Shown here: one piece after another, positions 33,601 through 48,600 of the stretch | How positions within the stretch are numbered: the stretch's first letter is position 1 | How the letters are laid out: every line of letters begins with the position of its first letter | Assembly: GCA_021613535.1 (NCBI GenBank) | Contig: CP075494.1 | Span: 10,664,001 to 10,728,000, forward strand | DNA from: Adineta vaga | Taxonomy: Eukaryota > Animalia > Rotifera | Length of the DNA stretch: 64,000 bases | Direction of reading: 5' to 3' | Program-made: the position numbers and the translations under genes | Notes under the pieces: generated by a model | The model's input: the letters and a program-made list of their open reading frames with translations, nothing else | Told to the model about the DNA's origin: nothing | The model's database searches: none

Positions 33601-36600
33601 AGGCGTTGTAATCAAAGATTTTACAACGAGTTGGCAAGATGGTCTTGCTTTTAATGCACTTATTCATAAGTTTCGTCCGGATTTATTTGATTATGAAGAT
33701 ATTTTACAAAATGCTGCTGCAAGAAATCTTGAACATGCATTCAATATTGCAAAAAATATCTTCAAAATTGATCGTTATCTTGATGTCGAAGGTTCGTATT
33801 AGTATAATTACATCTATAAATCAAATTGATCAGATCGAAAGATAATGTTCATGCATGTTTATACGGACTCTTTTCTTTCTGTTTTTTTTTTCATTTACAA
33901 TCAGACACGTACTTAAATTATTCTTCAATATCATTCATCATCAAATCGACTGATGAAAGGAAGTTTTTCAATCTCTATGAAATCGATTTGATAAACTTCA
34001 GTGAAAGTAATCATCTAATTGAAATGATGATATTTTTAAATAGTAATAATGACTATCGTCTAGACATGATCAAAATGACATACTTTTAAGAATATAGTCA
34101 AAGATATTGTAATTTATACTTTGTCTCTTTGTCTTCGATCTGATAACAGAGAAAAGGTTAAAAGAAAAACTCTTGTCGCCAATGATTAAGTGCTAGTTTA
34201 ACCTTCAATGTGATGACTGATGTTTAGATAAATATAATGCCAAAGAAGACAAAGACTTGTAGCAAGAATTATCATCTCGTATGTAACGAGATCTTTGATG
34301 AAGAATTTTGATAATAGATGATCTTTTGTTTATTGTTATAAAAAAAAAATTCTAGTTTTTTCTTTTTTGTTCAATTCTCTGTATCATAGATGTTCTCTCT
34401 GAATATCCGGACAAGAAATCAATATTGATGTATGTGATGTGTCTCTTTCAACAACTACCAGCGAGTCATATTGTTATTGAGGACAAAGAGAAAAATGGTC
34501 TATCGACGACGAAGATATCAATGAATATGAGAAATAGTTCGAAGGAGACAAAGGTTTGAATTGAAATATGATCGTAGACTTTTTTTTCGATAGATTCGAA
34601 TAATTTTTAGTCTCCATCACCACCTAATCTGACATCAAAAGTTTCATCTATGACAAGTTCAACAACATCATCATCAATCACAGAATCACGAACAATCTTA
34701 CAATCATCGCAATTAACTGCCTATCAAACCAATATGGAACGACTTGTTCAATGGATATTAAAACTAGAAGAACAACTTGATCGAGAAGAAAACGTTTCTA
34801 CTAATGATCTCAAACGTGTCAAAGAACAATTTCAAAAACATGAAGTAAAAATGAAAAGAAATTAATTTGTTTCTTATTTTTCATTCTATTAATATTAAAA
34901 TAGGATTTTATGATCAGTTTAACAAGAGATCAAACTCAAATTGGTCAAGTTCTTGAAGAAGGAAATCGATTATTATCATCAGCAGATACTCATTTACAAT
35001 CACGTGAAGAAAATGAAATAAAAGAACAAATGAAAATTCTCAATCGACGTTGGGAATCTTTACGTACTAAAGCTCTTGATCGACAATCTTTGTAAGTAAT
35101 CTTCAAGCAATGGAATTTCGGAACTATATTTATTCCTAATATGAACACTTCTTTACCAATCTCATTTATTATCATAACCTCTTCATGTAAACACATGTGC
35201 ACTGTTTGCTTCACCACTTCTTATCTTCTATTACTTGAATCTTGAACAGCAAGAGTTAGTGTACTGTATGTTTATACCAAGAAGAGTATGATATCATCCT
35301 ATGAGCTTACTTAGTAAAAAGAAACCAATTTAATTAACCAATTAGAATAGCGACTAACTAATGTTTACATCCATTTCAAAACAAAACAGACGTGTCTGAA
35401 ATATTTTGCTCATTGAAAAGTTCCCAATAAGGAATCTCAACTGTAAATATATTCATCATTATTGACATATGACAATCATTATATTGACATTGACTATTCA
35501 TATGTCAAAGATACATTAGTAAGACTTGTTCAAGATTAGTTATATGTTTGATATAGTATTGAATAGATTGTACTCTAACAAAATAATCTATTTAGATTGC
35601 ATAAAACATTAATGAAACTTCAAATTGATCAAATTGAATCTTTTGATGCTTGGCTTACTCAAGCTGAACAAAATATTTCTAAACAATTAGAAACATTAGA
35701 ACAAAATTCAACTGGTGTTGACCGACAATATCGTCATCTTGCTCAATTACAAGATGAACTTGTTGCTCAACAACAGATCACTGAATCATTACAAAACATG
35801 GTTATTGTCATTGATGATTCATCAAATAATAGTACAGATGGTCCTGCATCGAAATATACATCCGCAGAAATCGAAGCGAAGTTATTAAATCTAAGTGAAC
35901 GTTGGGCAAATATTTGTACATTTGTACAAAATCGTTGGATACAATTACAAGAAATTAAACTTGAACTTGAACAAGTTCAAATAAATCAAGAAAAAGTCAA
36001 CCGATGGTTAACACGAAAAGAAGATGAAGTTACAAAAATCTTAGCAGAAACAAATATCACTGATACTGATATACTTATGCAACAAGTACATTCGATTAAA
36101 GTAAATATTATTTATAAACAAGAATGTACAAAGTACATAATAGGAGATTTCGAGAGAATCTATTAATGTATCATCACTCGTAGAAGATTGTATAGATTCA
36201 ATCATGTAGTCTTGACTTTCCCAAGCATTCTATATTGGGTTCATCTTGCTCATAAAAATCTTCATTCTTCAAACTTTTGTCTTTTTTTTTCATTTAGAAA
36301 ACTGAATCTGAAATTGATGATATTCGTCTATCGATACTTACATTAGATCATAGTTTAAAAGTGTTGAGTACACATTATGACAGCAAAACATCGATTTTAT
36401 TAAAAGATTTAAATGAAACAATCAATTCATTTGATAAACGTTGGCAACGTTTACTCGAGAATCTTGATCAATGTTCAACACGAGTAAATCATATTCTTAA
36501 ACTTAAATCTTTCACAAAAAAAGAAGAAATATCTGTCATTATTTTTAGTTGAAAAAAACTCATTTAAATATCGAAACAAGTGTTAAAACAAATATTAAAC

Positions 36601-39600
36601 CTAATAGTGATACGGTGGAAAAAACCATTACAACAATTGTTGAAGAGACAACAGTTAAAAAACGAAAAATTGATAATGATATCAATCTCCGACGTGATTA
36701 TGAAATATCAGCTAGAAAATTTATTGATTGGATCGATAGTATTGAAAGAATCCTAGCAGATAGAGGAACAAGTAGCTTAAAAGCAACTGAACGACAAGAA
36801 ATTGTTCAAGTAATTCGAAATGTTTCCATTTTTTTTTCCTTTCTCATCATTGATTTATTTTAGGAAGTAAAAAACAAATACACATCATATGATGATCAAT
36901 TTCAAAATTTAATTCAAACAGGTCATACGATAACTAAACAAATGAAAGAAAATAATGAAGATTTTACTGAACATGAAACATCATTGAAAACATTGGAACA
37001 ACGTTGGCAGACACTTTTTCAACAAATTCAAACTTGTGAACGAGATGTTAAACAATTTACTCTTCAAACGCAATTCGATGAAGAATATCAAGCACTTACA
37101 AATGCAAGAAATGAATGTCAAACATGGATAAATTCACATCAAAATACGAGTTTAACAGGAGAAATGCAGGTATAATTGAAAAACAAACTTAAATTAGTAA
37201 TAACCAGTTGTCATTCGATATGACATTATGTATATATCAACAAGACAACTGATAATTGACAGGTGTTGCTCTTTATGTCTCTTTAGTCGAGTTTGTTCAT
37301 GAACGTTTTCCTACAGAAAAGATTGTTTCTTTAATGAGTAGTTCTTTTAGAATTAGAGATGTAATACAACATACTTTGATAGACGATAGAAAATGAATGA
37401 TTGAGTGATTATATTCTCTTGTGATCGGCAACAAGCTTATGATAATATCATATGTATACAAAGCGTTGAGATAAGAAACAAAGCTGGAAAGTAATAAATC
37501 AATATTTTTATCATTTATCGATTAGAAAAAAGAAAATGATCGATAATATATCAATTGGAAATACATAATTAATCGAAATTGTAGCTTTGTTCATTACTCA
37601 ATAGGTAACTTCACAGAATCTCATTTTCCTTCTGATATATAATCTATCATTCCATCAATAATGCCTTTTTCTCCTCGTCATATTATACAACTCATTGAAT
37701 CCATTAATATTTTATAAGATGAATTTAGTTGAATTCATTAATAGTCACTTTATTTCAGTTTCTATTCACTTGAATACTGTCTATAGAATTATTTGTTTCA
37801 GGTTAAAATAAAAAGTTTTCAATCCTACAATGAACGTATTAGCAAATTACGAACTATAGCTGAACATATCGATGCAAAAGCTACTCTACGTATGGATCAA
37901 TTAACACGTTCATGGAACGAAACAAATACAAAACTACGTAAGTAGAAATATTAATAGAAAATGTTTTCTCTTGTTTTAAGAGTGTGAACGTGTGCGTGTG
38001 TGTAGTTGGTTTGATCATTACCTTTACTGATTTCTTATGCATCACACTTCTTTTATTTTGCTTTTTGCCACTATTGCTTTCTTTGCAAATCTGTCGTTGA
38101 TTAGTGTGCGGCATTCTAATTATGTACGCACGCATGCAGGTCATCATCAACGTAGTTGACCGAATCAAACAAAAGAAAACGGATGGCTAAGGTTATCTTA
38201 TGCTGGTTGGCAGTCTATCGTTCTCAAATTAATACATTGTCTTCTTTCTTTTCTTCGACTGCCATTATCGGAAAAAGGCATCCAGCCACACAACTAACTT
38301 ATTTTGGGTTGAACGTGTGATATCGATCAAGCCGTATGATTGAATAGCATATATATCTACGTATATATTATATATAAATATATATCTTCAATGTCATGCT
38401 TGGAATTATCGTCGTTGTACATGATCGTATAGCGTAGCACGCGACGACAGCAATGGAGAGAAAAAAAAGAACAAGTACAATATGACGAGCGAGCAATGAG
38501 TTTGTCGTTAGTAAATTTGGTCTTGTTCCCGCTCTGTCTGTATGTATACGAGGGTGTGCAAACGATGCTGCTTGAATTTTACCCTATTACATTCAGCAAG
38601 CGAACAAGTATGAGAAAGAAAAAGAGAAAGAAAGAGAGTTCTTATTCTTCTTCTTTTACTCTCTTTTCATCTCATCTATGTCACTCTTCAATGTGTAGAC
38701 CGTACATAGTTGTTCTCCTGTGTGTCACATTGACAACGATGGCAAGGTGTATTATTTATTAGTAGTCGGAGTGTCACTGTATTTACTAGTGAAAGAGAAG
38801 AAAACGAATAAGAGATAAGGATAGCGAGCAAAAAAAAAACAATTTCTTGTTTTTTTTACTGATATACATGTCCACATATCAATCTCTCTAACTATCTCTT
38901 TTTAGTTGATGATTAGTATGTTGAATAGTATAAGATGGTTCGAGTTTTGTTTTTCTTTTGGATATTCTTATTTCTTCCGTATCTTTAATGGTAATCTCTT
39001 TCTTGTTATTTCATAAGGTGAGCTAAGTAAACGCGTTAAACTTATGCCACAACCATCCGAAAGCCTCGGTTTCGGGTCGCCTCCATCTCGTCTTGGTGGC
39101 ACATCATCTATTCCACTCACTCCAACTCGATCAAGAGTGGCTGAACATTCATCATCGTCAGCATCATCAACAACAGCGACAACAATGACATCAAGCACTG
39201 GTTCATCAACAATACCGAATGAAAATGGCAACCTTTTTACATTAACCAATATCTACACATTTGGTGACAATGGGCAAACAACTAAAAGTTCTGCGACAGA
39301 TAAAAGTCGTATTCATTCATTTGTGGAAGTTTTTGATTCTCCTACAAGTCCTGCACCAGTTGAATTTGGACGAATTTATTCAGAAAAACATTCAACAACA
39401 TCAACAACACGAAAAACATACGCAACTACTCCCGAGATATTTGATTACGATTTATCACGTATTCATCATGATTCACAATCAACAAATGCAACATCAACGA
39501 AACATATCTCAGGTAGTTAATTGATCAATTAAAGGAAAAATTGAAAAAAGAAAAGAAATCTCAATGTGCAGATATGCGTTATATTAATGCTTGTGCATCT

Positions 39601-42600
39601 TATTGCTTTGCTTTCTAACCTGCTTGACTGCTGCTTTTATATCTAACAGAAACTTTATTTGTTTAACATTTGTCTATATCTTTAGGGGAAATTGCTTTTG
39701 ATATTGTTAATATGATGATTATTTTTCTTTCTTTGAAAAGGATTAATGCTGCTAAATGAAAACTATAATCAGATTTCAAAATACACATATGTCTAGCAAT
39801 TCAAATTTGAGTCGAAGTGTAATCTTTATTTTTGTGACTGACTGACTGGTATTTTGAGCTATAATTCATATTTGGTTATTGAGATAATGAGTTCACTCTT
39901 TTCTTTTTTATGAACGAACAAGTTCTTTTTATGATGACTTCTTTATTCAGATACCATTGGAAATTCTATTTCACCAACATCAGCATCTGCTTTACCAGTA
40001 AATTTTAATGACAATCAAAGTAAATTACTTAAATGGCTTGAACAAATTGAACAATCACTATTGAATGATAAAGTTCGTGTGGTTGATTTAAAAGCAATTG
40101 ATGCAAAAAAGAAATTTTACAAAAATTTACTTGATCAAACATTAGAACAAGAACAATCGATCGAACAACTAAATGTAACTGCTCGGGAGTATTATCAAAA
40201 ATTACCTAATGATGCTGGTCGACGTTTGCAAGAAGAATTAAAAAATTATAAAGATCGTTTATATGATGTGAAAATGTTTTTAAGTGAACGTTTAGCGAAA
40301 TATGATCGACTTGAAAAAACATTGAGTAATTTTGAAGTAAGCTCAAGTTCTATTGGAGATATGTATAGAAATTGCTTTCATTTTTATTGTAGAGAAGTAT
40401 TGATGAAGTGAAAAATTGGATACGTAATGTTCAACCGCGATTGAATGCGACAGATACGTCCTTTACGGATGCACGTACGCTCGAAAATCAATTGGGTCGT
40501 AATCAAGTAAATCTCAGTTTCGATGAGAATTAAAGGAAAAGTCTAATTTTTGAAAATGTTAGGTTCTTCAACATGAAATTCGTGAAATGCAAACAACAAT
40601 CAATCGATTGAATAAAGATGTTGTTGATTTAACACAAGATGCAGATGAAAATTTAGCACGACATTTACGAGAAGAAATGAAAGAATTAAATGAAAGTTGG
40701 AGTCATATTATAAGTTCAACAAAAGTCTTTTCAAAAAATATTCAAGTAAGAAGACGTTTCTAAACCACACACGATCTACCTTACTTTTCAATTGCCTTCT
40801 TCTCAATTCAAACATCATTTTTATTAATGTTTTTTTAGGATGCTTTGAAACGTAATAAAGTCTTGCATGAAGATATTCAAGAAATCGAAGATTGGATCAT
40901 GGATAAAGAACGTGAAGCGCCAGCGGATGATGGACCGATCTTCTATCAAGAACAACTTCGTGAACGTCTTGATCAATATCAAGTAATCGAAAGAAAAATG
41001 ACGTCACTATTCGATTTATTGATCTATTGATCTATTTAGAAATTACAATCTGAATTGAATGTCAGAGAACATACTGTGCGAAACTTAGTTTTGCAAGGTC
41101 GTCAAGATTTGAATGCCTCATCTGGTGGTACACCTGATTTAGCTCAACATCTAGAAACACTTGTGTCCAATTGGACTAATCTTCAGAAAAAAGTCGATAC
41201 AAAAGTTGGTTTCTATACAGATATTTATACATTACATGAAGAATTAAAAAGTAATTGATAACAAAGAAATATTGACTTTGTTTTGACATAAAAGATTCCA
41301 TTTTCTAGATATTCTCCATCAAGAAAATGTCTGGCTTGATGCATTACAAAATAAAGTATTCTCATCATCGAATAATGGTGCTGATGCTGAAGAAATATCC
41401 GAAGAATTGGATGTAAGATTTTCTCTCAAAGACTCATATTTATTTTCATATATTTCCTTAATTTAGACTCTTGAACGTTTTGTTAAAACACATTCAAAGA
41501 GTAACTATGAAAAAATCTTCGAAATAGCTGAGCGTCTTCAAGCTACGAAAGTTTCTATCCCAGCTACCAATAGTCAAATAAATCAATTTCGTATTCGTTG
41601 GGAACAATTACATGATGATGTACGTAAATAGAACATATTCTCAATGGAAATATTTTGTTCTTTTCTTAGGCATTTAAAAAGATTCATACACTCAATTCTC
41701 AAATCTCAGATTATCAACATGTAGGTCATCAGATCACAGCGATGTTTGAATGGATGAAACATACAGATAGTATACTCAATGCTCGACTAAAAGATGATGT
41801 TTATGCTGATGATGTTCCCGCAGAAGCAGAAGTAAGATTTCCAAAATCTAACAATGGAAAAACATTATTGTAATTGTTTATTTTTTTAGAAATTAATTGT
41901 TGAATTCAATCAATATGAAGCATTTCTACGTAGTGTTGATGATAAAATACATGCATTACGAAGTGCAGCTAAAACAGAAGCTGCAAAAAGACTAGAACAA
42001 CAATTATTACTATTAAGAGTATGCATCTTATTCTGCATCGAAGATAATTTTCATTAGTGATAAATATTCATTCTTTTAGAATCAATTTTTGCAATTACAA
42101 AATAAATTTCGTCAATTTCAAAAACCATCCGATTTCGAACCAAAACATGCTAAAATGCGTCAGATATTAAACGACATTGAACATAATATCTATACGCTTG
42201 AAGTTCGTTCCGATGATCCAGACGTAATTCATGGTCAATTGGAAAATTGTTTAGTATGTTGAATCTTTTTTTTCAAAATTGTCATTTCAGGATATACTTT
42301 CATTTTCTTTTTCTATAGAAACTTTATCGAAATTTATCAGAAATCAAATCAGACGTGGAATATGTCATTCGTACAGGTCGTGGTATTGTTGAGAGAAAAC
42401 AGATTGATGAGCCAAGCGAATTGACTCGACAAATTGATCACTTAAAAACACAATATAATGCTCTTGGAGCAAAAGTATAGTTGAAATTTGCAAGTTTTGA
42501 TCGTGTATATTTGATTTTCATTGCATTAGGTATCAGCATCAAAGAATCTATTGGATAGTATTGAACGACATTTACGTAAATTTCGAAAAGAATATTCTCA

Positions 42601-45600
42601 TATTCATGAATGGTTTGTTAAAACTGATAATGAAATACGAAAAATTGAAAATAAACAAGTCTCGAAAAATACCAAAGAAGAAACAGATTGGATTCGAGTA
42701 GGATTATTGTTTTATTTTGAGATTTTCATGTAAAAAATAATTTGTTCTTTTTTATTAGGCAACGAGAAATTATATTAAAAAATTAGAAGGAAATTTTGAA
42801 ACATTGAAAAATCTTGAACGTACAATTGAAAAAGAAGCTAATCGACCCTTATCAAGTCTTCATGAAAAAACATTGGAATTAAAAAGACAAATTGATCAAT
42901 TAGATCGACGACTCAAAGATCGATCGGAGATTGTTGAGGTAGGCAGATGCTTCTTTTTCTGCTCGTCTTCATTATTAGATAATAAATAGAAGGAAAAAAA
43001 AGCAAATGTCATTGAGAGATGATATCCTATACTTTAGTGCGTAACCTTCGTCAATATGATTGGATTAGATTTCTATATAAAGAAATAAAGAGTCTATGAT
43101 GTAATCTTTCGCTTGTCGTCAATTTCGGATAACACATCTTGACGTAATCAATACAAGTGCTTGTCCATGTGTGATAGTGTTGAGTTCATGTAAGCATTTG
43201 TTTTCTTGAGTAAAATCTATTGATGATATCGTAATTATGCAGTTGACCGATTCTATATTAGTACAATGAACTGTACATTCTCTATACGTAAGAATATCAG
43301 ACATGGGCGAGAAAAGCAAGCAGATGCTTTGTTTCCTCAATCTTTATTCACATCAAGAGTTTTCCTCTATTGGCATAACTAGGACATAGAGTACGAGAGA
43401 GAAAGGAAATATCCAATCGATCGTAGTTGATGATTTATTTGTAAGAAAAAGCAAAGACGAGACGAGAACGTGTGCCCGAACATTCGATCAAGATGTATCC
43501 TTTGGTATGATCAAACGTGGTGCGGAGAGTAACGGAGGGAAGTTTGTTTGTATGTATATACGTGTGCGTATGTCATTCATTGACGGTCAAAGAACATAAC
43601 GAGCGTTAGCTTGCGCATTTATGTTATCTTAAAGATGCCGTTGCATTTTCTTTGTACCATTTCTACATCGTTATTCTTAGTTTTTCTCTATCTCTCTTTC
43701 TTTATCCTTTCTTCGGATAAGAATATACTCATTCGTCCATTCTGTTCTTCTGTACATTTTTTGCCAGTGACTCCTATCCATTAGTGTCAATATAGAAAAC
43801 AAAAAAACCACAACTACGCGCTTTTCTCTCCCACCAAAAATATTACTGTCTTCTGTTTTTTCTGACATATATCTTCTGCGCATTTGTTCGTTGTATATCC
43901 TGCTATGCATTATAATAATAATAATTATTATTATTAAAGCAGAGGACAGCAAATCCAACATATTTTCATCTTGCAAAAAAGGAGTGATTCAACCTTGACA
44001 TCGCCTGTGCTAATTATTTTCGAACCCTCAGAATGATTCAGACTCGTTAGAAACTAACAGACATCAAACAGACAGAGAGAAAAAGAAGTTTCCATTCTAA
44101 CTCGTTGCCATCAGCGTCATCATTAATCACATTTGGTTAGTCTTCAGTATATAAATATAAATATATATCTGTAAATGAGTCAAAAATCGACATCCGCTCG
44201 TTTTATGATTATTAATCGTGTATATGAATTACGAAGAAGAAGAATGAGATACAATTGAGAAATTTTCGTTTTTGTTCCTTATTATTACACGGTTTTATAT
44301 CGCTTATTGTCTTCAGAATAAGAATAGAATATAAAAAAGAATGAGAACGGACGTCAAACGTTCGACGTCATCATATTCTGAAGCACCACGTCGTTATCAT
44401 AATTTACTTTATATTCCATTTGGATCTGGATATAGTGCATCGTCAGGTACATCGACATCAGCATCAACCAATCTTACCCCTATTGAATATATTATCTATC
44501 CGATTGGTTTGCGTAAGGTATTATTATAAACATCTTGATATGAATTGCTTTATTTACAGAAAAATAATGATGAAAATAAATGATTAAAATATGTTCTATT
44601 TATTTATTTAGGGGCAAGTGCGTAAACTCGAAGATGAATATCAAAAATTTATCCAAATCTATCAAGAAATCATTATACGTTTGGATAAATTAGAAGGATT
44701 ATTAGCTGATGCTGAACGTGTCATTGATTTTACTAAAATTACGGTTTGTAAAAGAATACAAGAATAACATTGTATGACTCCAAATCTTTTAGTATGTACA
44801 AGATGAACTTCGAAATGTTCGAAGTCAACTTGATGAATTACTCACTCTTGGTCAAGAACTTGTTTCAAAAAGTGAAAAATACAGTAAACTTGTTGGTCCT
44901 GATATTGAAACAATCTCACGTAAATTTGAAGAATTACAACGACGAATACGTACAATTCAGGTTGGTAAACACATTCCTATCCGTATAGATTTTTCTTCAC
45001 AACTAGATTAGTTCGATTGCAGTGATTAGAGATAGTTTTTTCCTAGTTTAATATTCGTTTATATTCACCTATATATTTTCTTTTTCTAATTCTTCACCCG
45101 AAAAACATCATTCTTTCAGGAAACACAGGAGAAACGCTCAAAAGAACAACATCATCAACAACAACAACAACAACAACACTTTAGTACAACAACAACAACC
45201 ATGAATAATAATACTCATGATGATCATCGTGATGATCTTCGCCGAGAATTTTATTCTGAAAAGAAATATAATCGTGTACAACGAGAATCACGTCATCGTT
45301 CACCATCGGAATCTTCGGATATAAGTACAGCTCATGGTGTGATTGATGAAGAATTTAAAAAGAAATATTTACGTTGTTTGGCATACATGAAATTAATCGA
45401 ACGTTTATATGAAAATCATCAAGAAAGTGATGACGATATGGAAATAACTAAACGGAGATTATCCAGACGAGTATGGAATGATTTCTTTTCTTTTTTTTTC
45501 TTCCTAACTTTTTTTGCATGTTGATATGTCTATTCGTGCATGAGAATGTAGCTTTTAATGCAAGAAAAAAACGTTTGAAATGAAGAAAGAGGAAAGAAGA

Positions 45601-48600
45601 AAATGATTTTAATTTTTAGGATCAAACATTTCGAGAACGGCCAGAATGTGAAGAAATTGAACAAATTATACGTGAAACAGAAGAACGAGCGTATCTTATT
45701 GAAAAAACTGACATAGAACAAGCTACTCGTATACGAGAAAAAATTGGTCGTTTAAGAGTAAGTTCTCTTTTACTTTTCTTTTCTTCGAAAATATATTTTA
45801 TTCATTTGTTATAGGAGTGCTTGAATAATCTAAAATTTCGCTCTCAACAACAACATAATGATGAAACAATACGATGTAATGAACGATATGAAGAACATAT
45901 TAAAACAACAGATAGAACAGTACCAAGAGAACGGGTATGTGAACATAGAGAAAATTACAATATATATATTTATATGTACCAAGGATGTTCTGTTAACCCG
46001 CGGGGAAGTTTAGCTTAATAATAGTTTTCTTAATATTCGCGGGTGGTCGAATGCAATAGAACTTATAGCAAAAAGTTTGCTTTCAAGAAGCTTTTCTTCT
46101 TCTCTTGATCTATATTCCTATGAAAAGAATGTGAATAACTTCTACATTCCTATGGAATGTTTTCATACAACTAAGGAATGAAAGAACATGATCGACATAA
46201 TTACAGAGGCGTTGTTATCTATCCAATTGATCGCGAAGGAGTTAATCTAGTTGACTAAATATAGCTATTAAATAAATAATCTAACGAGGAGCCCGTAGTT
46301 GATCCGTAGGTTCTTGAGATATCGATTTCTCTTAACCCACTGACGTTAATGAGTAAGAAAAATAATATATGTATATATATATATCGGATAAAATCTATTT
46401 ATTTATATAAATAGTAGTAATATTAATATTATGATTACTACATCTTTGTCTTCGCCTTATCAATTGAAGACATAAAGATATATTCTGTCAACGATTTTTT
46501 TATAAGATATCAACTTCTCCAGAGACAAATCATTGTAGATCGTTTTTAATTCTGGATAATATATCATGTCAGATATGAAGTCTAGACAGAAAACAAGATG
46601 AGATGTGCACTGCCCATACAAGGTCCTATGGTGCTTATTAAAATCTGATAGCTGTATTCAATAACCATATGTATAAACTGTGAAAATGTCGACAACTAAT
46701 AACTTACTTTTGACGTGATATTTTACCCACATGTGACCTTAGACAGAGATGATGAAAATTAATCTTGATTTCTTGAAATAAATCACAACATTTTAGAGAC
46801 ATTGTTCATAGTTTATACATAAAAAAAGAAAGTAAAAGATCATGTACATGTTAGATCTCTCGTAAACATCTTTTCTTCACATGTTGTCCTTGCACTTTCA
46901 AATAAAACTTCATAATCTTTTTTTTTTCGATAAATGTTTGTCTCAATCATTTAAGTCATTTTTCTTTTATAATGCAGGAATTCGATTCTGATTTCATCTA
47001 TGATATCGATGATACACGATCCGTCATTAGTGAACCAGCTCCACAATTTAATACAAAATATCGTAAAACAATTCATTCACTTGAACGTTATAAAACAGAA
47101 GATCAATCACGTTATGTACCAACTAATGAAGAATACCATTTACAACCTTTATTACGTGTACGAAGTTTAAAAGCTATCGATCATCGTACACTTAGTGCAC
47201 CATCATCACCTGTCTTACAAGCACGTTATCGATCACATGAACGTTCAAATGCTCAGTACAAAAAACAATCATCAAATCATCAAGGTTATCAAGAAAATTT
47301 TCAAAATTCAATATCTAAATCAGCTAGTTTACCCAATGGTGGCTTTCCTGTTCAAGCACCAGCTTCTATTCCCCAACAACCCGTCTTAGTCCGTGAACGT
47401 GTTATTGATCGACATGTTGCTGAACGTAGTACATCACGTGGTGAATCTCATCGACAGCAACAACAACAAGAAAATGCATCAATGCACGCGCGTTCCTCTC
47501 ACGCTAGTAGTGGACAAACACAAACCCTTAATCGAGCAGTGCCTATTCGTTATGAAACATCAAATATAGGTGGTAATAGTGCTTCATCTAGTTATCGTCA
47601 AGCCAATGGTTATCGACATGAACAATATCCATCATATTTCTATCATGAACAATATGGAGGAGGAGGCAGTGGTTCCAGTAGTCTTGGTGGAAGTTATCGA
47701 CAACAAGTCTATCCAACACAACCTGTCGGACCGCATCCTACTCGCATTGTGAACTGAATAGCAAACAGACAGAGAGAGAGAGAGAGAGTCAATCTTATCT
47801 AATTATAAATATAAATATAAATATTCTACTGGTATAAAGAAAAACATGTTTGCTGTGTGTATACATGCGTTCTTTTCTTCTTCTTCTTCTCTTCTCGTTT
47901 TTTCTTTCTTTCTTTCTTTCGACTAAGTTTTTCAATGTCGGTGCCAATGCGCAGTGGTTCTTTTTTTTTCATCAAATATTAACATAAGAACATCAAATCT
48001 ATTCTTTACTTGTTCAAAAAATTCTTTTTACTAGTACAATACACGTTTTTTTCTCATTCTCTTCAATAAAATATATAAGTATTTGCTATAAGAAAATAAT
48101 CCATCAAGATCACACCTGCTCCATATACAACAAGAATAATTCTAATAGATTGATATGAATGATGTTGTCATTTCTTGATAAAAATGAGGACAAGTATTCT
48201 TGTTCCGTCTTTTCAATTGTTATTATCATCAAACAAATCACATAAATCTATCTCATCTGTTTTAATTATATTACAAATCTAGATTTTATCTGAAAGATTA
48301 CTATCATGCGTTTCGATTCTACATAAATATTTACCTTATCAGACTAATGAATTTTAAAAGTATAAGGAGAAAAATTGAAATCAGAGTGGCTGAGTTCATT
48401 TCTCTTTGATATAAAAAAATCGAGATTCCAGACAAATTACTTTATATCTAAATATATGATACCATGCTAGTTTATAACATCTATCATATATTCTCCAGTT
48501 GATTACGTTCCAAATGCATGGGTATAGAGGCAAAATATATTAGCTATTGTCTGTTCATGTTGCTTTCAGCAAAGATCTTCATTCTTCTTAGCAGCCCTTA

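Noticed and set aside
45980-46350. GC-richer patch with ACCCGCG/CGCGGGT inverted motif in a dystrophin intron
   Set aside because: Possibly a decayed MITE, but I could not define termini or a TSD.
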